This document shows positions 11,909 through 22,946 of a stretch of 64,000 nucleotides of DNA, in pieces. The stretch's first letter is position 1, and each line of letters opens with the position of its first letter. Source of the DNA: an uncultured cyanobacterium. Lineage in GTDB: Bacteria > Cyanobacteriota > Cyanobacteriia > Cyanobacteriales > CAWCAG01. The notes below the pieces were generated by a model. It had not been told where the DNA came from and searched no databases. It was given only the letters and a program-made list of their open reading frames with translations. The stretch spans positions 256,001-320,000 of the forward strand of contig CAWDOD010000004.1 in assembly GCA_963803805.1 (NCBI GenBank), in the 5' to 3' direction. The position numbers were made by a program, and so were the translations under genes.

Positions 11909-13639
11909 CTAATAATGATTACCAACCTTGCGATGATGAACAGCAGTAAGTACATCCAGTTTGGCAACTCTGCCAGCTTCCACTGTGCTATAAACAATCC
12001 AGTGATCGCTACACTCAATTCGACTGCTAACTTGGCATTCAATGTAAGCTAAAGACTCAGCAAGAATCGGCGAACCATTGCTAGCGGGTACTGTTTTGAT
12101 GCCTGCAAAGCGATCTTCACCAGGAGGGAAACGTTTGAGAAAATGTTTAATGAGATTCTGATAATTCCCTTCTGCCAAAACATTTAAAACAAAGTGATCA
12201 CCGAGGTGCAAAAAAGATTCAATAGCCCGATCTTTAGCAACAGCGATGGCAACTCCCAAGGGATTCAAACTAGCTTGAGTTACCCAAGAAGCTACCATTG
12301 CACTGGAGATTTCCCCTTTTTTGGCCGTGATAATATACAAACCGTTGCTAATTCTGCCCAAAGCTTTTTGTAAACTGTTATCAATGGCTTTGATTTGCTT
12401 GAGGCTGCGATCGCGAGTTAACCACTGTCCCAAATCTGTACCCGCTTCATCGCAGATTTGATAAATAATTTGATTAGGGGCTTCTTTCACTAAAATGGGT
12501 GGGAAGGCTTCGGTTAAGCCAATTTCCTGCAACTGGTTACCCAAAGGATAAACGGGTTCATCTTCACCCCCGCCAGTTTCAAACAAACCCACTGCTTGTT
12601 TACCATGGGCGGCTGCGGTGATAGTGCTAAGGATAGTATGGGCTTCTTGATCTGATTGGGGTGGCATTCCTATCACTAACCCTGCTGCTTGAGAGACTAA
12701 CTCCCTGACTTCTTGGGGTTCAGTATCATTCCACTCTACCAACTCTACCGCAACACCTGTTTTGGTGATGCCGTGGGCAATCAGTCTAGCGAGACTATCA
12801 CTATAGCCATAGTTTTCAGAATAAAACAGGGCAACTAAAGTATCAGTTTTAGTTTGGGCTTTACTCCATTGCTGATAGCGATCCAGCAATTCAGTAAGAT
12901 GGTGTTGTAGCAATGGCCCATGACCTGTAGCAATGATGCCCAATTCTAGTTTTCCAATCCGCTTAATTGCCCCCAAAACTGAACGGGCATTAGGTTTCAT
13001 CAAACAATCATAGTAATATTCATAGTCTGCTTCAATGAGTTCCAAATTCTCATCAAAAGTAGGTTCATCACAATAGTGCATTCCAAAGGCATCACAAGTA
13101 TAGAGGACTTGCGTTTGATGATCGTAGGTAAAAATTGTATCTGGCCAGTGTAAATTAGGGGCAGAGACAAACTCTAACTGATGCCCGTTGCCAAGATCCA
13201 AAGTATTACCATTTTTAACAATCTGATGCTTGAAAGATTGATGCACCATATTCTCTAAAAATTGAATGGCCACCTTTGCACCAACTACTGTAACCTGGGG
13301 AGCTAATGCCAGAATATCTTTAACTAAACCACTGTGATCAGGTTCGGTATGACTAATAATTAGATAATCAAGTTGAGATGGATCGATTAAGCCAGTTAAC
13401 AACTCCAGATAAAGCTGGCGAAACTTACCATGGGAAGTATCCACTAAAGCTAGTTTTTGACCTTGAATGAGAAAAGAATTGTAGGTTGTACCGTTTTGTA
13501 AGCCAAACTCAATATCAAAACGGTCACGATCCCAGTCGAGACAACGGATTGCAGTAGTCCCAGAGGCGAATTTGACAGTTTGTATAGTTAATCTAGGAGG
13601 AGCTTGAGTCGTTTGCTTGTTATCTGTGAGTATAACCAT
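11909..13639 (-). CDS. flv4: Flavodiiron protein Flv4
   Basis: Canonical SHTEPDHSG, HWPD and TCDAFG motifs; C-terminal flavin reductase; first gene of the three-gene operon. Confidence 0.88.
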   Translation of the reverse strand: MVILTDNKQTTQAPPRLTIQTVKFASGTTAIRCLDWDRDRFDIEFGLQNGTTYNSFLIQGQKLALVDTSHGKFRQLYLELLTGLIDPSQLDYLIISHTEPDHSGLVKDILALAPQVTVVGAKVAIQFLENMVHQSFKHQIVKNGNTLDLGNGHQLEFVSAPNLHWPDTIFTYDHQTQVLYTCDAFGMHYCDEPTFDENLELIEADYEYYYDCLMKPNARSVLGAIKRIGKLELGIIATGHGPLLQHHLTELLDRYQQWSKAQTKTDTLVALFYSENYGYSDSLARLIAHGITKTGVAVELVEWNDTEPQEVRELVSQAAGLVIGMPPQSDQEAHTILSTITAAAHGKQAVGLFETGGGEDEPVYPLGNQLQEIGLTEAFPPILVKEAPNQIIYQICDEAGTDLGQWLTRDRSLKQIKAIDNSLQKALGRISNGLYIITAKKGEISSAMVASWVTQASLNPLGVAIAVAKDRAIESFLHLGDHFVLNVLAEGNYQNLIKHFLKRFPPGEDRFAGIKTVPASNGSPILAESLAYIECQVSSRIECSDHWIVYSTVEAGRVAKLDVLTAVHHRKVGNHY

Positions 13640-13932
13640 AAGCTATAGTTGAGTACTTCATTTATTTGTCTTTTAATAAGATAACAGAATATAAATACAT
13701 TTTCTATATAAAAATATTTTATATATTATTGACAAGATTTATCTTTCTGGAAATTACTCACTTGTTTTCTAGAAACTTCTATTTTCTATTGATTATTTCC
13801 TCAAGCCCTAATTTATTCCCTCACTGCGTAAGTTCTGCTTTTTTTTAAGTGCAAATGTACTCAAAGGAAAAGTTGAATTTTATATAAAATATATTTATAC
13901 AATAATGGTTTGGGTTCAAGTATTATTATCGT

Positions 13933-13979
13933 ATAGACAAAAGAGTATGATTCTAGATTGAACATAGCTTTTTATCTAT
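13933..13979. promoter_or_regulatory. NdhR/CcmR-type LysR boxes in the flv4/cmpA divergent region
   Basis: Perfect ATAG-N8-CTAT at 13964-13979 and ATAG-N8-GTAT at 13933-13948. Confidence 0.6.
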
Positions 13980-14084
13980 AGACTTGTTTAATTTAAAGAT
14001 TTGCTCATAGCTAGTTTTCAACTAGCTATATCAATTGCATTTATTTAACTGACAACAAAAAAAGATAAGTTATTAGGAGGTTTA

Positions 14085-15443
14085 ATGTCTGATTTGTCCC
14101 GATTCTCTCGTCGAAAATTTTTAGCAACTGCTGCTGCTTCCGGGGCTAGTGCAGTGTTTCTCAAAGGTTGCCTTGGCAATCCCCCTGAACCAGGAGAGAA
14201 TACAGCTACAGAACAAGTGGAAGCAGGTGATCTTAGCCCGGAGATGACACCTGAGACAACCAAAGTTGTTTTAGGTTACATTCCCATTGTTGAAGCTGCG
14301 GCTTTAGTCATTGCCCAAGAAAAAGGCTTCTTTGCTAAATATGGCATGACTGATGTAGATGTTTCTAAACAGGCAAACTGGGCATCAGCAAGGGATAACG
14401 TTACCATTGGTTCTGAAGGTGGTGGTATTGATGGGGGACAGTGGCAAATGCCGATGCCCCATTTAATTAGTGAAGGGATTATTACCAATGGTAACAAAGT
14501 GCCGATGTATTTGTTGGCACAATTGAATACTCAAGGCAATGGTATTGCGATCGCCGGTATTCATGAAGGTAAGGGACTTGGTTTAGATATTACCGAAGCT
14601 GCTGATTACATTAAAGGCTTTTCTAGCAACGAAGGGAGAAAGTTCAAAGCAGCACACACCTTTCCCCAGGTAAACCAAGATTTCTGGATTCGCTATTGGT
14701 TTGCAGCCGGTGGTGTTAATCCTGATACGGATATCGACTTGTTAGCAGTACCACCAGCGGAAACTGTCCAGGGGATGCGTAACGGCACAATGGATGCTTT
14801 TAGTACCGGTGATCCTTGGCCTTATCGTATTGTTGCTGATGACATTGGTCATATGGCAGCGTTAACCTCTCAAGTATGGAAGTTTCATCCTGAAGAGTAT
14901 TTAGCAATTCGTGCTGACTGGGTTGATGCTAACCCGAAAGCAACCAAAGCAATTTTAAAAGCAGTTATGGAAGCACAACAATGGTGTGATGAAGATGCCA
15001 ATAGAGAGGAATTAGTAAAAATTGTTGCCCAACGTAACTACTTTAATGTACCAGAAAACATTTTGCAACCTCCTTACAAAGGCAACTACGAAATGGGAGA
15101 TGGTCAACCAGCAATCGACGATAAAATGATGGGACCATTGTATTGGAAAGATGGCATTGGTAACGTTTCTTATCCCTATAAAAGCCATGATCTTTGGTTC
15201 TTAACTGAAAGTATTCGTTGGGGTTTTCATAAAGATGCTATTCCTGACATCGATACTGCTAGAGAGATTATTGATCGGGTTAATCGCGAAGATTTGTGGA
15301 AAGAAGCAGCCCAAGAAGCAGGATTTACTGCTGATATTCCCGACGATACATCTAGAGGGGTTGAAACATTTTTTGATGGTAAAGAGTTTGATCCTGAAGA
15401 TCCAGAAGCTTATTTAGATAGTCTGGAAATCAAGAATATTTAA
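14085..15443 (+). CDS. cmpA: Bicarbonate ABC transporter substrate-binding lipoprotein CmpA
   Basis: Tat-type SRRKFL plus lipobox LKGC; WASARDN...[12 protein letters not shown] motif of CmpA; CCM gene context. Confidence 0.92.
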   Translation: MSDLSRFSRRKFLATAAASGASAVFLKGCLGNPPEPGENTATEQVEAGDLSPEMTPETTKVVLGYIPIVEAAALVIAQEKGFFAKYGMTDVDVSKQANWASARDNVTIGSEGGGIDGGQWQMPMPHLISEGIITNGNKVPMYLLAQLNTQGNGIAIAGIHEGKGLGLDITEAADYIKGFSSNEGRKFKAAHTFPQVNQDFWIRYWFAAGGVNPDTDIDLLAVPPAETVQGMRNGTMDAFSTGDPWPYRIVADDIGHMAALTSQVWKFHPEEYLAIRADWVDANPKATKAILKAVMEAQQWCDEDANREELVKIVAQRNYFNVPENILQPPYKGNYEMGDGQPAIDDKMMGPLYWKDGIGNVSYPYKSHDLWFLTESIRWGFHKDAIPDIDTAREIIDRVNREDLWKEAAQEAGFTADIPDDTSRGVETFFDGKEFDPEDPEAYLDSLEIKNI

Positions 15444-15488
15444 TCATTGGTTGATAAAGTAAAAATAAAAAAGGGAGCAAGCAATATT

Positions 15489-16334
15489 ATGGCTGTAAGT
15501 ACACCAAGAATCACTAAAAATAGTGCCAAAAAAACTAATACTTTCACCAAGTTTTGGCAGAAAAATAAAGACAATATCATACCGCCTTTAATCGGGGTTA
15601 TCGGTTTTTTAATTCTCTGGGAACTCTTTGCTATGCTGCCAGGAATGAGATTACCAGGGCCTAGCAGTTTATGGACTGACGAAAGGACTCGAACTTTATT
15701 GCTTTATCCTTTTTATGATCGTGGGGGTTTAGATAAAGGTTTATTTTGGCAGACGATGGCAAGTTTAGGAAGGGTGGCCCAGGGCTATTCTTTAGCTGCT
15801 ATAGTTGGTATCGCTACTGGTGTTTTGGTAGGGACACAACCGTTAATTAATAAAGCCTTAGATCCGATTTTTCAATTCTTACGGATGGTTGCCCCTTTGG
15901 CTTGGGTTCCTATTGCTTTGGTGGCACTACAACAAAACCAACCTGCGGCAATTTTCGTTATTTTTATCACTTCAGTTTGGCCTATTTTAATCAATACCAC
16001 TGAAGGGGTTAAACAAATTCCTGAAGACTATCTTAATGTCCGTCGAGTTCTTAAACTATCCAAGCAAAAATTCTTTTTCAAAATTCTCTTACCCTCTGCC
16101 TTACCCTATATTTTCACCGGCTTAAGAATTGGGATTGGTTTAGCTTGGTTAGCCATTATTGCCGCAGAAATTGTTATGTCAGGTATTGTTGGTATCGGCT
16201 TTTTCATCTGGGATGCTTATCAACAAAACTACATTAGTGAAATTATCCTAGCAGTCATCTATATCGGTGCAGTGGGTTTAATTTTAGACCGGGCGATCGC
16301 TTACATTCAAAAATTAATTGCACCCCAATCTTAG
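15489..16334 (+). CDS. cmpB: Bicarbonate ABC transporter permease CmpB
   Basis: NrtB/CmpB-type permease; ATG at 15489 follows an AGGGAG RBS (ORF track starts at 15447). Confidence 0.9.
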   Translation: MAVSTPRITKNSAKKTNTFTKFWQKNKDNIIPPLIGVIGFLILWELFAMLPGMRLPGPSSLWTDERTRTLLLYPFYDRGGLDKGLFWQTMASLGRVAQGYSLAAIVGIATGVLVGTQPLINKALDPIFQFLRMVAPLAWVPIALVALQQNQPAAIFVIFITSVWPILINTTEGVKQIPEDYLNVRRVLKLSKQKFFFKILLPSALPYIFTGLRIGIGLAWLAIIAAEIVMSGIVGIGFFIWDAYQQNYISEIILAVIYIGAVGLILDRAIAYIQKLIAPQS

Positions 16335-16427
16335 AAGATTTAAAAGGGACAGAAAATAGTTAATAGGGAGTAATAAAAAGTACACTCTTTATTACTTCTC
16401 CTAATCCATTACCCATTATCTAAAAAA

Positions 16428-18428
16428 ATGAGCGTATTTGTTGCAGTAAACCAAATTGAAAAAGCTTTCCCCCTCAGTGGTGGTGGTGAATATGTTGCCC
16501 TCAAAGGTATCAATTTAAAAATCAAAAAAGGGGAATTTGTTTCCTTAATCGGTCACTCTGGTTGTGGTAAATCAACTCTGTTAAATATGATTGCTGGTTT
16601 AGATTTACCCACCAACGGCATGGTTACTTTAGAAGGGCGACGTATAAAAGAACCGGGGCCAGACCGCATGGTAGTCTTTCAAAACTACTCTCTGTTACCC
16701 TGGTTAACGGTGCGTCAAAATATTGCCCTAGCAGTAGATGAGGTGATGGGCAATACCTCTAAATCAGAACGCAGATCCGTTGTAGAAGAACATATTAACT
16801 TAGTTGGTTTGCGCCATGCAGCCGATAAACTGCCAGACCAACTATCAGGAGGAATGAAACAGAGAGTTGCCATCGCCAGGGCTTTGGCGATTCGTCCTAA
16901 ACTTCTCCTCTTAGACGAGCCTTTTGGAGCGTTAGATGCCTTAACCAGAGGGAATTTGCAGGAACAGCTAATGCGAATTTGTGAGGAATATAAAGTCACT
17001 TCTGTGATGGTAACTCACGATGTTGATGAAGCCGTATTGTTAAGCGATCGCATTGTCATGTTGACCAATGGCCCTGCTTCTCAAATCGGTGGCATTTTAG
17101 AAGTTGATATTCCCCGTCCCCGTAAACGGATGGAAGTGGTTAATCATCCCAGTTACTACAGCCTTCGCAGTGAAATTATTTACTTCCTCAATCAACAAAA
17201 AAGGATTAAAAAAATACGGGCTAAGAAAGCTGCCGTTGTTGCCCGTCACGGTTTAGAAAAGGTTAATCTAGAAATTGGTTTTGTTCCCTTGACGGCTTGC
17301 GCCCCTGTAGCAGTCGCCTATGAAAAAGGCTTTTTTACTAAACATGGTTTAGATGAAGTTAGTTTAGTTAGAGAAACCAGTTGGCGGGGTATTGTTGATG
17401 GTATCGACGGGGGCTATCTTGATGCAGCCCAAATGCCGGCGGGAATGCCCACTTGGTTAACCGCAGGAGGCAATCAAGACCGACCCTTACCTGTTGTGAC
17501 TGCCTTAACTATGACTCGTAACGGCAACGGCATCACTCTAGCCAAGAAACTTTGTGATCAGGGGGTCATGACTGCTGCTGAATACAAACAGAAGCTACTT
17601 ACCCTAGCTGGAGAAAAACATACCCTGGGTATGGTACATCCTTCCTCAATGCACAATCTTTTATTGCGCTATTGGTTGGCAGCAGGGGGCATTGATCCAG
17701 ATCGGGATGTGGAACTGAAAACCATTCCTCCTGCCCAAATGGTAGCAGATTTAAAAGCAGGAACCATTGATGGTTATTGTGTTGGTGAACCTTGGAATCT
17801 CCGGGCTGCCATGGAAGGACATGGTTTCACTGTGGCGACAGATATGGACATTTGGCAAGGACATCCCGGTAAAGTTTTGGGAGTGAGGGAAGATTGGGCA
17901 AATCGTTATCCCAATAGCCATGTTGCCCTAGTTAAAGCCTTGTTAGAAGCTGGTCGTTATTGTGCTGACGAAACTAATAATCAGGAGATTAGAGAGATTT
18001 TAGCTAGTCGTAACTATTTGGCTACTAAAGAAGAATACATCCAACTAGATACTCCTAATCATGACAGTGGTAATTTAAACCAAGAGGTGGAATACGCCCA
18101 TCATATGTTCTTTGGTGATGGTTTGAATCGCCCTAGTCGCACCGAACATCTTTGGATGATGACCCAGATGGCCCGTTGGGGACATATTCCCTTTCCCCGT
18201 AACTGGGTGGAAATTCTCGAAAGAGTTTGTCGAGTTAGCACCTTTAGTACTGCTACTAGAGAATTGGAGTTAGGGGATCTTAAGTATCGCCGTAGTCCCA
18301 TTAAGCTATTCGATGGCATAGTTTTTGATGCTGAAGATCCAATTGGTTATCTTAACCACTTGGATATTGAACGCAACTTTACCATCGCTGAAGTTAATTT
18401 TGCCTCCCCAACTCCTATTACTGTCTAA
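16428..18428 (+). CDS. cmpC: Bicarbonate ABC transporter ATPase with C-terminal solute-binding-like domain CmpC
   Basis: GHSGCGKST and LSGGMKQR motifs plus a CmpA-like C-terminal domain. Confidence 0.92.
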   Translation: MSVFVAVNQIEKAFPLSGGGEYVALKGINLKIKKGEFVSLIGHSGCGKSTLLNMIAGLDLPTNGMVTLEGRRIKEPGPDRMVVFQNYSLLPWLTVRQNIALAVDEVMGNTSKSERRSVVEEHINLVGLRHAADKLPDQLSGGMKQRVAIARALAIRPKLLLLDEPFGALDALTRGNLQEQLMRICEEYKVTSVMVTHDVDEAVLLSDRIVMLTNGPASQIGGILEVDIPRPRKRMEVVNHPSYYSLRSEIIYFLNQQKRIKKIRAKKAAVVARHGLEKVNLEIGFVPLTACAPVAVAYEKGFFTKHGLDEVSLVRETSWRGIVDGIDGGYLDAAQMPAGMPTWLTAGGNQDRPLPVVTALTMTRNGNGITLAKKLCDQGVMTAAEYKQKLLTLAGEKHTLGMVHPSSMHNLLLRYWLAAGGIDPDRDVELKTIPPAQMVADLKAGTIDGYCVGEPWNLRAAMEGHGFTVATDMDIWQGHPGKVLGVREDWANRYPNSHVALVKALLEAGRYCADETNNQEIREILASRNYLATKEEYIQLDTPNHDSGNLNQEVEYAHHMFFGDGLNRPSRTEHLWMMTQMARWGHIPFPRNWVEILERVCRVSTFSTATRELELGDLKYRRSPIKLFDGIVFDAEDPIGYLNHLDIERNFTIAEVNFASPTPITV

Positions 18429-18455
18429 TTACTGATTCCTCATCCTCTTGTAATC

Positions 18456-19304
18456 ATGCAAGCTGCCCACAGAAAACTATTAGAATTACAATTCCAACCT
18501 TCCATGCAAAACTCTTCCTTTGTTTCCATTCAAGATGTTTCCAAGGTTTACCCTACTCCTAGAGGCCCTTATACCGTCTTAGAAAATATCAGCTTAACTG
18601 TTAAAGAAGGTGAATTTGTCTGCGTGATCGGTCACTCTGGTTGTGGGAAATCTACTCTTTTAAACATGGTTTCTGGTTTCGCCCAACCCACTAAAGGCAC
18701 AGTAACTGTAGCCGGAAAAACTATTACTGAACCAGGGCCCGAGCGTATGGTAGTATTCCAAAACTATGCTTTACTGCCCTGGTTATCTGTTTTTGATAAT
18801 GTCTACCTTGCTGTTGATTCAGTCCATCAGAAAAAATCAGAACAGGAAAAACGGGCCATTGTTAGAGATCATCTCGCTATGGTGGGTTTGACTGAAGCAG
18901 TAGAGAAAAAGCCTACCCAAATTTCTGGGGGGATGAAACAAAGGGTTTCCATTGCTAGGGCCTTGGCGATTCGTCCTGAAGTCTTGATCTTAGATGAACC
19001 TTTTGGGGCCTTAGATGCGATCACGAAAGAAGAATTGCAGGAAGAATTACTAAAAATCTGGAATGATCATCGTTGTACCGTGTTGATGATTACCCACGAT
19101 ATCGACGAAGCTTTGTTCTTAGCAGATCGATTGGTAATGATGACTAATGGCCCGGCTGCTGGTATTGGTGAAATCATGGAAATTGATTTTCCCCGTCCCA
19201 GAAACAGAGATCAAATTATGGAGCAGCCTGAGTATTATGACTTACGTAACTATGCCCTGGATTTTCTCTACAATCGCTTTGCTCACGATGAAGATGCTGC
19301 TTGA
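18456..19304 (+). CDS. cmpD: Bicarbonate ABC transporter ATPase CmpD
   Basis: Walker A GHSGCGKST and ISGGMKQR; fourth gene of the operon. Confidence 0.92.
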   Translation: MQAAHRKLLELQFQPSMQNSSFVSIQDVSKVYPTPRGPYTVLENISLTVKEGEFVCVIGHSGCGKSTLLNMVSGFAQPTKGTVTVAGKTITEPGPERMVVFQNYALLPWLSVFDNVYLAVDSVHQKKSEQEKRAIVRDHLAMVGLTEAVEKKPTQISGGMKQRVSIARALAIRPEVLILDEPFGALDAITKEELQEELLKIWNDHRCTVLMITHDIDEALFLADRLVMMTNGPAAGIGEIMEIDFPRPRNRDQIMEQPEYYDLRNYALDFLYNRFAHDEDAA

Positions 19305-19406
19305 TTTAAGCTCAATAAAGGGACAAACAAGGTACAATCCTTATTGAGACAGGTATTTACTAGTTTGTCTTTATCATTGATATAAAACAATGATATCTTG
19401 TTTTTC

Positions 19407-19439
19407 ATAGATTAAATACTATTATAGATAATAATCTAT
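19407..19439 (+). promoter_or_regulatory. Two tandem NdhR (CcmR) boxes upstream of ndhF3
   Basis: Perfect ATAG-N8-CTAT at 19407-19422 and 19424-19439, ending 25 bp before the ndhF3 ATG. Confidence 0.75.
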
Positions 19440-19464
19440 GATGATCTAAACCATAAAAACACTT

Positions 19465-21327
19465 ATGAACGAAACTTTTAGTCAGACCATCTGGCTAGTA
19501 CCTTTATACGCCTTGGTTGGGGCAGTACTAGCAATTCCCTGGTCGCCTGGTATTATTCGTAAAACGGGGCCAAGACCATCAGGTTATTTCAATAGTTTAA
19601 TGACTTTGATAGCTTGTGTTCACACTTTGTTAGCCCTTTTAGAAACGTGGCATCAACCCGTTGAGTACCTCTCCTTTCGGTGGCTTCATGCTGCGGATTT
19701 GAATATATCTTTTGATATCGAAATTTCCTCCATCACTTTGGGGGCTTTACTTTTAGTCACTGGTTTGAATTTGGTTGCCCAAATTTACGCCATTGGTTAT
19801 ATGGAGATGGATTGGGGTTGGGCCCGCTTTTATTCCTTACTAGCTTTATTTGAAGCTGGGATATCTACATTGGTTTTGTGCAATTCCCTTTTCTTTAGCT
19901 ATGTGGTTTTAGAAATTCTTACTTTAGGGACTTATCTGTTAATTGGTTTGTGGTTTAACCAATCTTTAGTGGTTACTGGGGCAAGGGATGCTTTTTTAAC
20001 CAAACGGGTAGGTGATTTAATTCTGTTGATGGGGGTGGTGGCTTTATTACCTTTGGCCGGGACTTGGAATTATACCGAATTAGGGGAGTGGGCAAAAACT
20101 ACTACCATTGACCCCAATGTCGCAACTCTGCTTTGTTTGGCCTTAATTGCTGGACCTTTAGGTAAATGCGCTCAATTTCCTTTGCATCTTTGGTTAGATG
20201 AGGCCATGGAAGGGCCGATGCCTGCTACAATTTTACGTAATACCATTGTCGTTTCTACGGGTGCTTGGGTTTTAATTAAGCTGCAACCAGTGCTGGCTTT
20301 GTCTCCTGTCGCTTTAACAGTTATGGTTGCCATTGGTGCAGTAACGGCGATTGGTGCATCTTTAATTGCGATCGCACAAATAGATATTAAACGTTCTCTT
20401 TCCTATTCTGTTAGTGCTTACATGGGTTTGGTATTTATTGCCGTGGGTACACAACAGGATGCAACGGCTTTGAGATTGCTCTTCACCTACGGAATCGCCA
20501 TGTCATTGTTGGTAATGAGTATTGGTGGGGTAGTTTTGAATACTATTACCCAAGATTTAACCCAATACGGTGGTTTATGGTCACGTCGTCCCATATCCGG
20601 GGCTTGTTTCCTCGTTGGGGCTGCCTCTATGGTAGCTTTTCCTCCTTTAGGCTGTTTCTGGACATTAACGGAAATGGCAGATAATCTCTGGAATATCCAC
20701 CCTTTGCTGTTAGGAATCTTGATTGTTGTCAATGGCTTAACTGCATTTAGTCTCACCCGCGAATTTAGCCTCATTTTCGGCGGCAAACCGAAACCAATGA
20801 CAGTTCGTTCTCCCGAAGGCTTATGGGCCTTGGTTTTACCTATGATGTTCGGTATGGGATTTGCTTTACACGTACCTCTTTTGCTGGAAAAATGGAATTT
20901 ATTACCAGAATGGGAAAATCTTAACTTAACTGCTGCAACTCCTTTAATTATCTCAACTTTAGTGGGTGCGGGGGCATCAGCTTTTATTTACCTCAATAAC
21001 AATATTCCTAAACCTATTGTCTTAAAACCAAAAGCAATACAAGACTTTTTCACTTACGACTTATATACTGCCCAAACTTATCGCGTCACCATTGTTTTTG
21101 TGGTGGGTTTAGTTTCTCAAATTGTCTATTGGTTTGATTGTTACTTAGTTGATGGGATAATTAACTTAGTTGGTTTAGTAACTGTTTTTAGTGGTGAAAG
21201 TTTAAAATACAATGTTTCTGGACAGGCACAGTTTTATTTTCTGTCAATTTTGTTAGGGGTGTTTTTACTAGTTGGCGTCATTTGTTGGCCTTTCCTCTCT
21301 CAAATATCCTTGGTTATTTCACCCTAA
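19465..21327 (+). CDS. ndhF3: NDH-1 subunit F3 (inducible CO2 uptake)
   Basis: NdhF/ND5 family; PWSPGIIRKTGPRPSGY; ndhD-cupA context. Confidence 0.92.
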   Translation: MNETFSQTIWLVPLYALVGAVLAIPWSPGIIRKTGPRPSGYFNSLMTLIACVHTLLALLETWHQPVEYLSFRWLHAADLNISFDIEISSITLGALLLVTGLNLVAQIYAIGYMEMDWGWARFYSLLALFEAGISTLVLCNSLFFSYVVLEILTLGTYLLIGLWFNQSLVVTGARDAFLTKRVGDLILLMGVVALLPLAGTWNYTELGEWAKTTTIDPNVATLLCLALIAGPLGKCAQFPLHLWLDEAMEGPMPATILRNTIVVSTGAWVLIKLQPVLALSPVALTVMVAIGAVTAIGASLIAIAQIDIKRSLSYSVSAYMGLVFIAVGTQQDATALRLLFTYGIAMSLLVMSIGGVVLNTITQDLTQYGGLWSRRPISGACFLVGAASMVAFPPLGCFWTLTEMADNLWNIHPLLLGILIVVNGLTAFSLTREFSLIFGGKPKPMTVRSPEGLWALVLPMMFGMGFALHVPLLLEKWNLLPEWENLNLTAATPLIISTLVGAGASAFIYLNNNIPKPIVLKPKAIQDFFTYDLYTAQTYRVTIVFVVGLVSQIVYWFDCYLVDGIINLVGLVTVFSGESLKYNVSGQAQFYFLSILLGVFLLVGVICWPFLSQISLVISP

Positions 21328-21382
21328 CCAACCTTCTAACTTAAATGCTGTTGTGAATTTTTAACTTGATAAATATTAATTA

Positions 21383-22882
21383 ATGATGCTTAGTTTCCTG
21401 CTTTTTCTTCCTGTAATGGGAGCAATTATTATCGGTTTCTTCCCAGGAAAAATAGAATCTGGTCGCTTACGGCAAATCACAGCGTTTTTTGCTGTAATTG
21501 CTTTTGCTTGGTCAATCTGGCTATTAACTCAGTTCGATTTAGGCAATGCTACCTGGCAATTTTCCGAATATTTACCTTGGGCAAAACCCATTGGCTTAAG
21601 TTATAGTTTGGCAGTTGATGGCTTATCTTTGCCTCTGTTGGTTTTAAATAGCTTACTCACCATTATTGCTATTTATAGTATTGGCGAAAATGTTGAACGT
21701 CCTCGCCTTTATTACTCTTTAATTCTCTTAATTAGTGCTGGCATAACCGGGGCATTAACTGCTCAAAATTTATTATTGTTTATCATTTTCTATGAGCTAG
21801 AATTAATCCCTTTCTATTTAATGATTGCCATTTGGGGAGGAGAAAAAAGAGGCTATGCGGCCATTAAATTCCTACTTTATACCGCCGTATCAGGGTTATT
21901 AGTTTTAGTAGCCTTTTTAGGTATTGCTTTCCTCAATGGTACAGCCAGTTTTGATTACGATACGATCACAACTCAAGGACTATCTTTAAATACCCAACTC
22001 ATTTTACTAACAATCCTCCTAGTGGGTTTTGGTATCAAAATTCCTCTAGTTCCCTTGCATACCTGGCTGCCTGATGCTTATACAGAAGCTTCCCCGGCTG
22101 TTACCATCCTTTTAGGAGGTGTATTAGCTAAACTAGGAACCTATGGTTTAATTCGCTACGGTTTGCAGCTATTTCCTGAAGCTTGGGCAGTTGTCGCTCC
22201 CGGCTTAGCAGTTATTGGTACAATCAGCGTACTTTATGGGGCATTGAGTGCGATCGCCCAAAAAGATATTAAACGCATGGTAGCCTATAGTTCCATCGGT
22301 CACATGGGTTATATACTAGTAGCTGTAGCTGCTGGTACAAAATTGAGCATCCTGGGTGCAGTAGCACAGATGATTAGTCATGGTTTAATCCTGGCTTTAC
22401 TTTTCCACTTAGTTGGTATTGTAGAACGCAAAGTTGGTACTCGTGACTTAGATGTCCTCAATGGTTTAATGAACCCCATTCGTGGTTTACCCCTCACCAG
22501 CGCCTTACTAATCACCGCAGGTATGGCAAGTGCTGGTATTCCTGGTTTAGTAGGGTTTGTTGCTGAATTTATTGTTTTTCAGGGTAGTTTTGCCACCTTC
22601 CCCATTCCCACCTTACTTTGTATCATCGCCTCTGGTTTAACCGCAGTTTATTTTGTAATTCTGCTTAATCGCACCTGTTTTGGCAAACTAGATAATCAAA
22701 GGGCGTATTATCCCACAGTCTTACCTTCAGAAACCATTCCTGCTTTTGTTTTAACTTTAATCATTCTCTTTCTCGGCATTCAACCTAATTGGTTACTACG
22801 TTGGATTGAACCCACCACAGATTTATTAGCAGTGGATGCCAATAAACCTGCTTTGGTTGCACAAGTTGACTATTCCCTTTAG
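21383..22882 (+). CDS. ndhD3: NDH-1 subunit D3
   Basis: ND4 family; PLHTWLPDAY and AYSSIGHMG motifs; between ndhF3 and cupA. Confidence 0.9.
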   Translation: MMLSFLLFLPVMGAIIIGFFPGKIESGRLRQITAFFAVIAFAWSIWLLTQFDLGNATWQFSEYLPWAKPIGLSYSLAVDGLSLPLLVLNSLLTIIAIYSIGENVERPRLYYSLILLISAGITGALTAQNLLLFIIFYELELIPFYLMIAIWGGEKRGYAAIKFLLYTAVSGLLVLVAFLGIAFLNGTASFDYDTITTQGLSLNTQLILLTILLVGFGIKIPLVPLHTWLPDAYTEASPAVTILLGGVLAKLGTYGLIRYGLQLFPEAWAVVAPGLAVIGTISVLYGALSAIAQKDIKRMVAYSSIGHMGYILVAVAAGTKLSILGAVAQMISHGLILALLFHLVGIVERKVGTRDLDVLNGLMNPIRGLPLTSALLITAGMASAGIPGLVGFVAEFIVFQGSFATFPIPTLLCIIASGLTAVYFVILLNRTCFGKLDNQRAYYPTVLPSETIPAFVLTLIILFLGIQPNWLLRWIEPTTDLLAVDANKPALVAQVDYSL

Positions 22883-22900
22883 ATAAAAGGTAAGTTTTCC

Positions 22901-22939
22901 AACCAGCAACCAGCAATTAGCGATTAGCAATTAGCAATT
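22901..22939. repeat. Heptamer short tandem repeat (STRR-like)
   Basis: AACCAGC AACCAGC AATTAGC GATTAGC AATTAGC; related arrays near 8866, 27600, 32549, 40857 and 57620. Confidence 0.75.
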
Positions 22940-22946
22940 TAAAAAA

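Noticed and set aside
14085-19304. Nitrate transporter nrtABCD as an alternative call
   Set aside because: The GGQWQMPMP motif and the CCM context (no nirA or narB nearby) favour cmpABCD.
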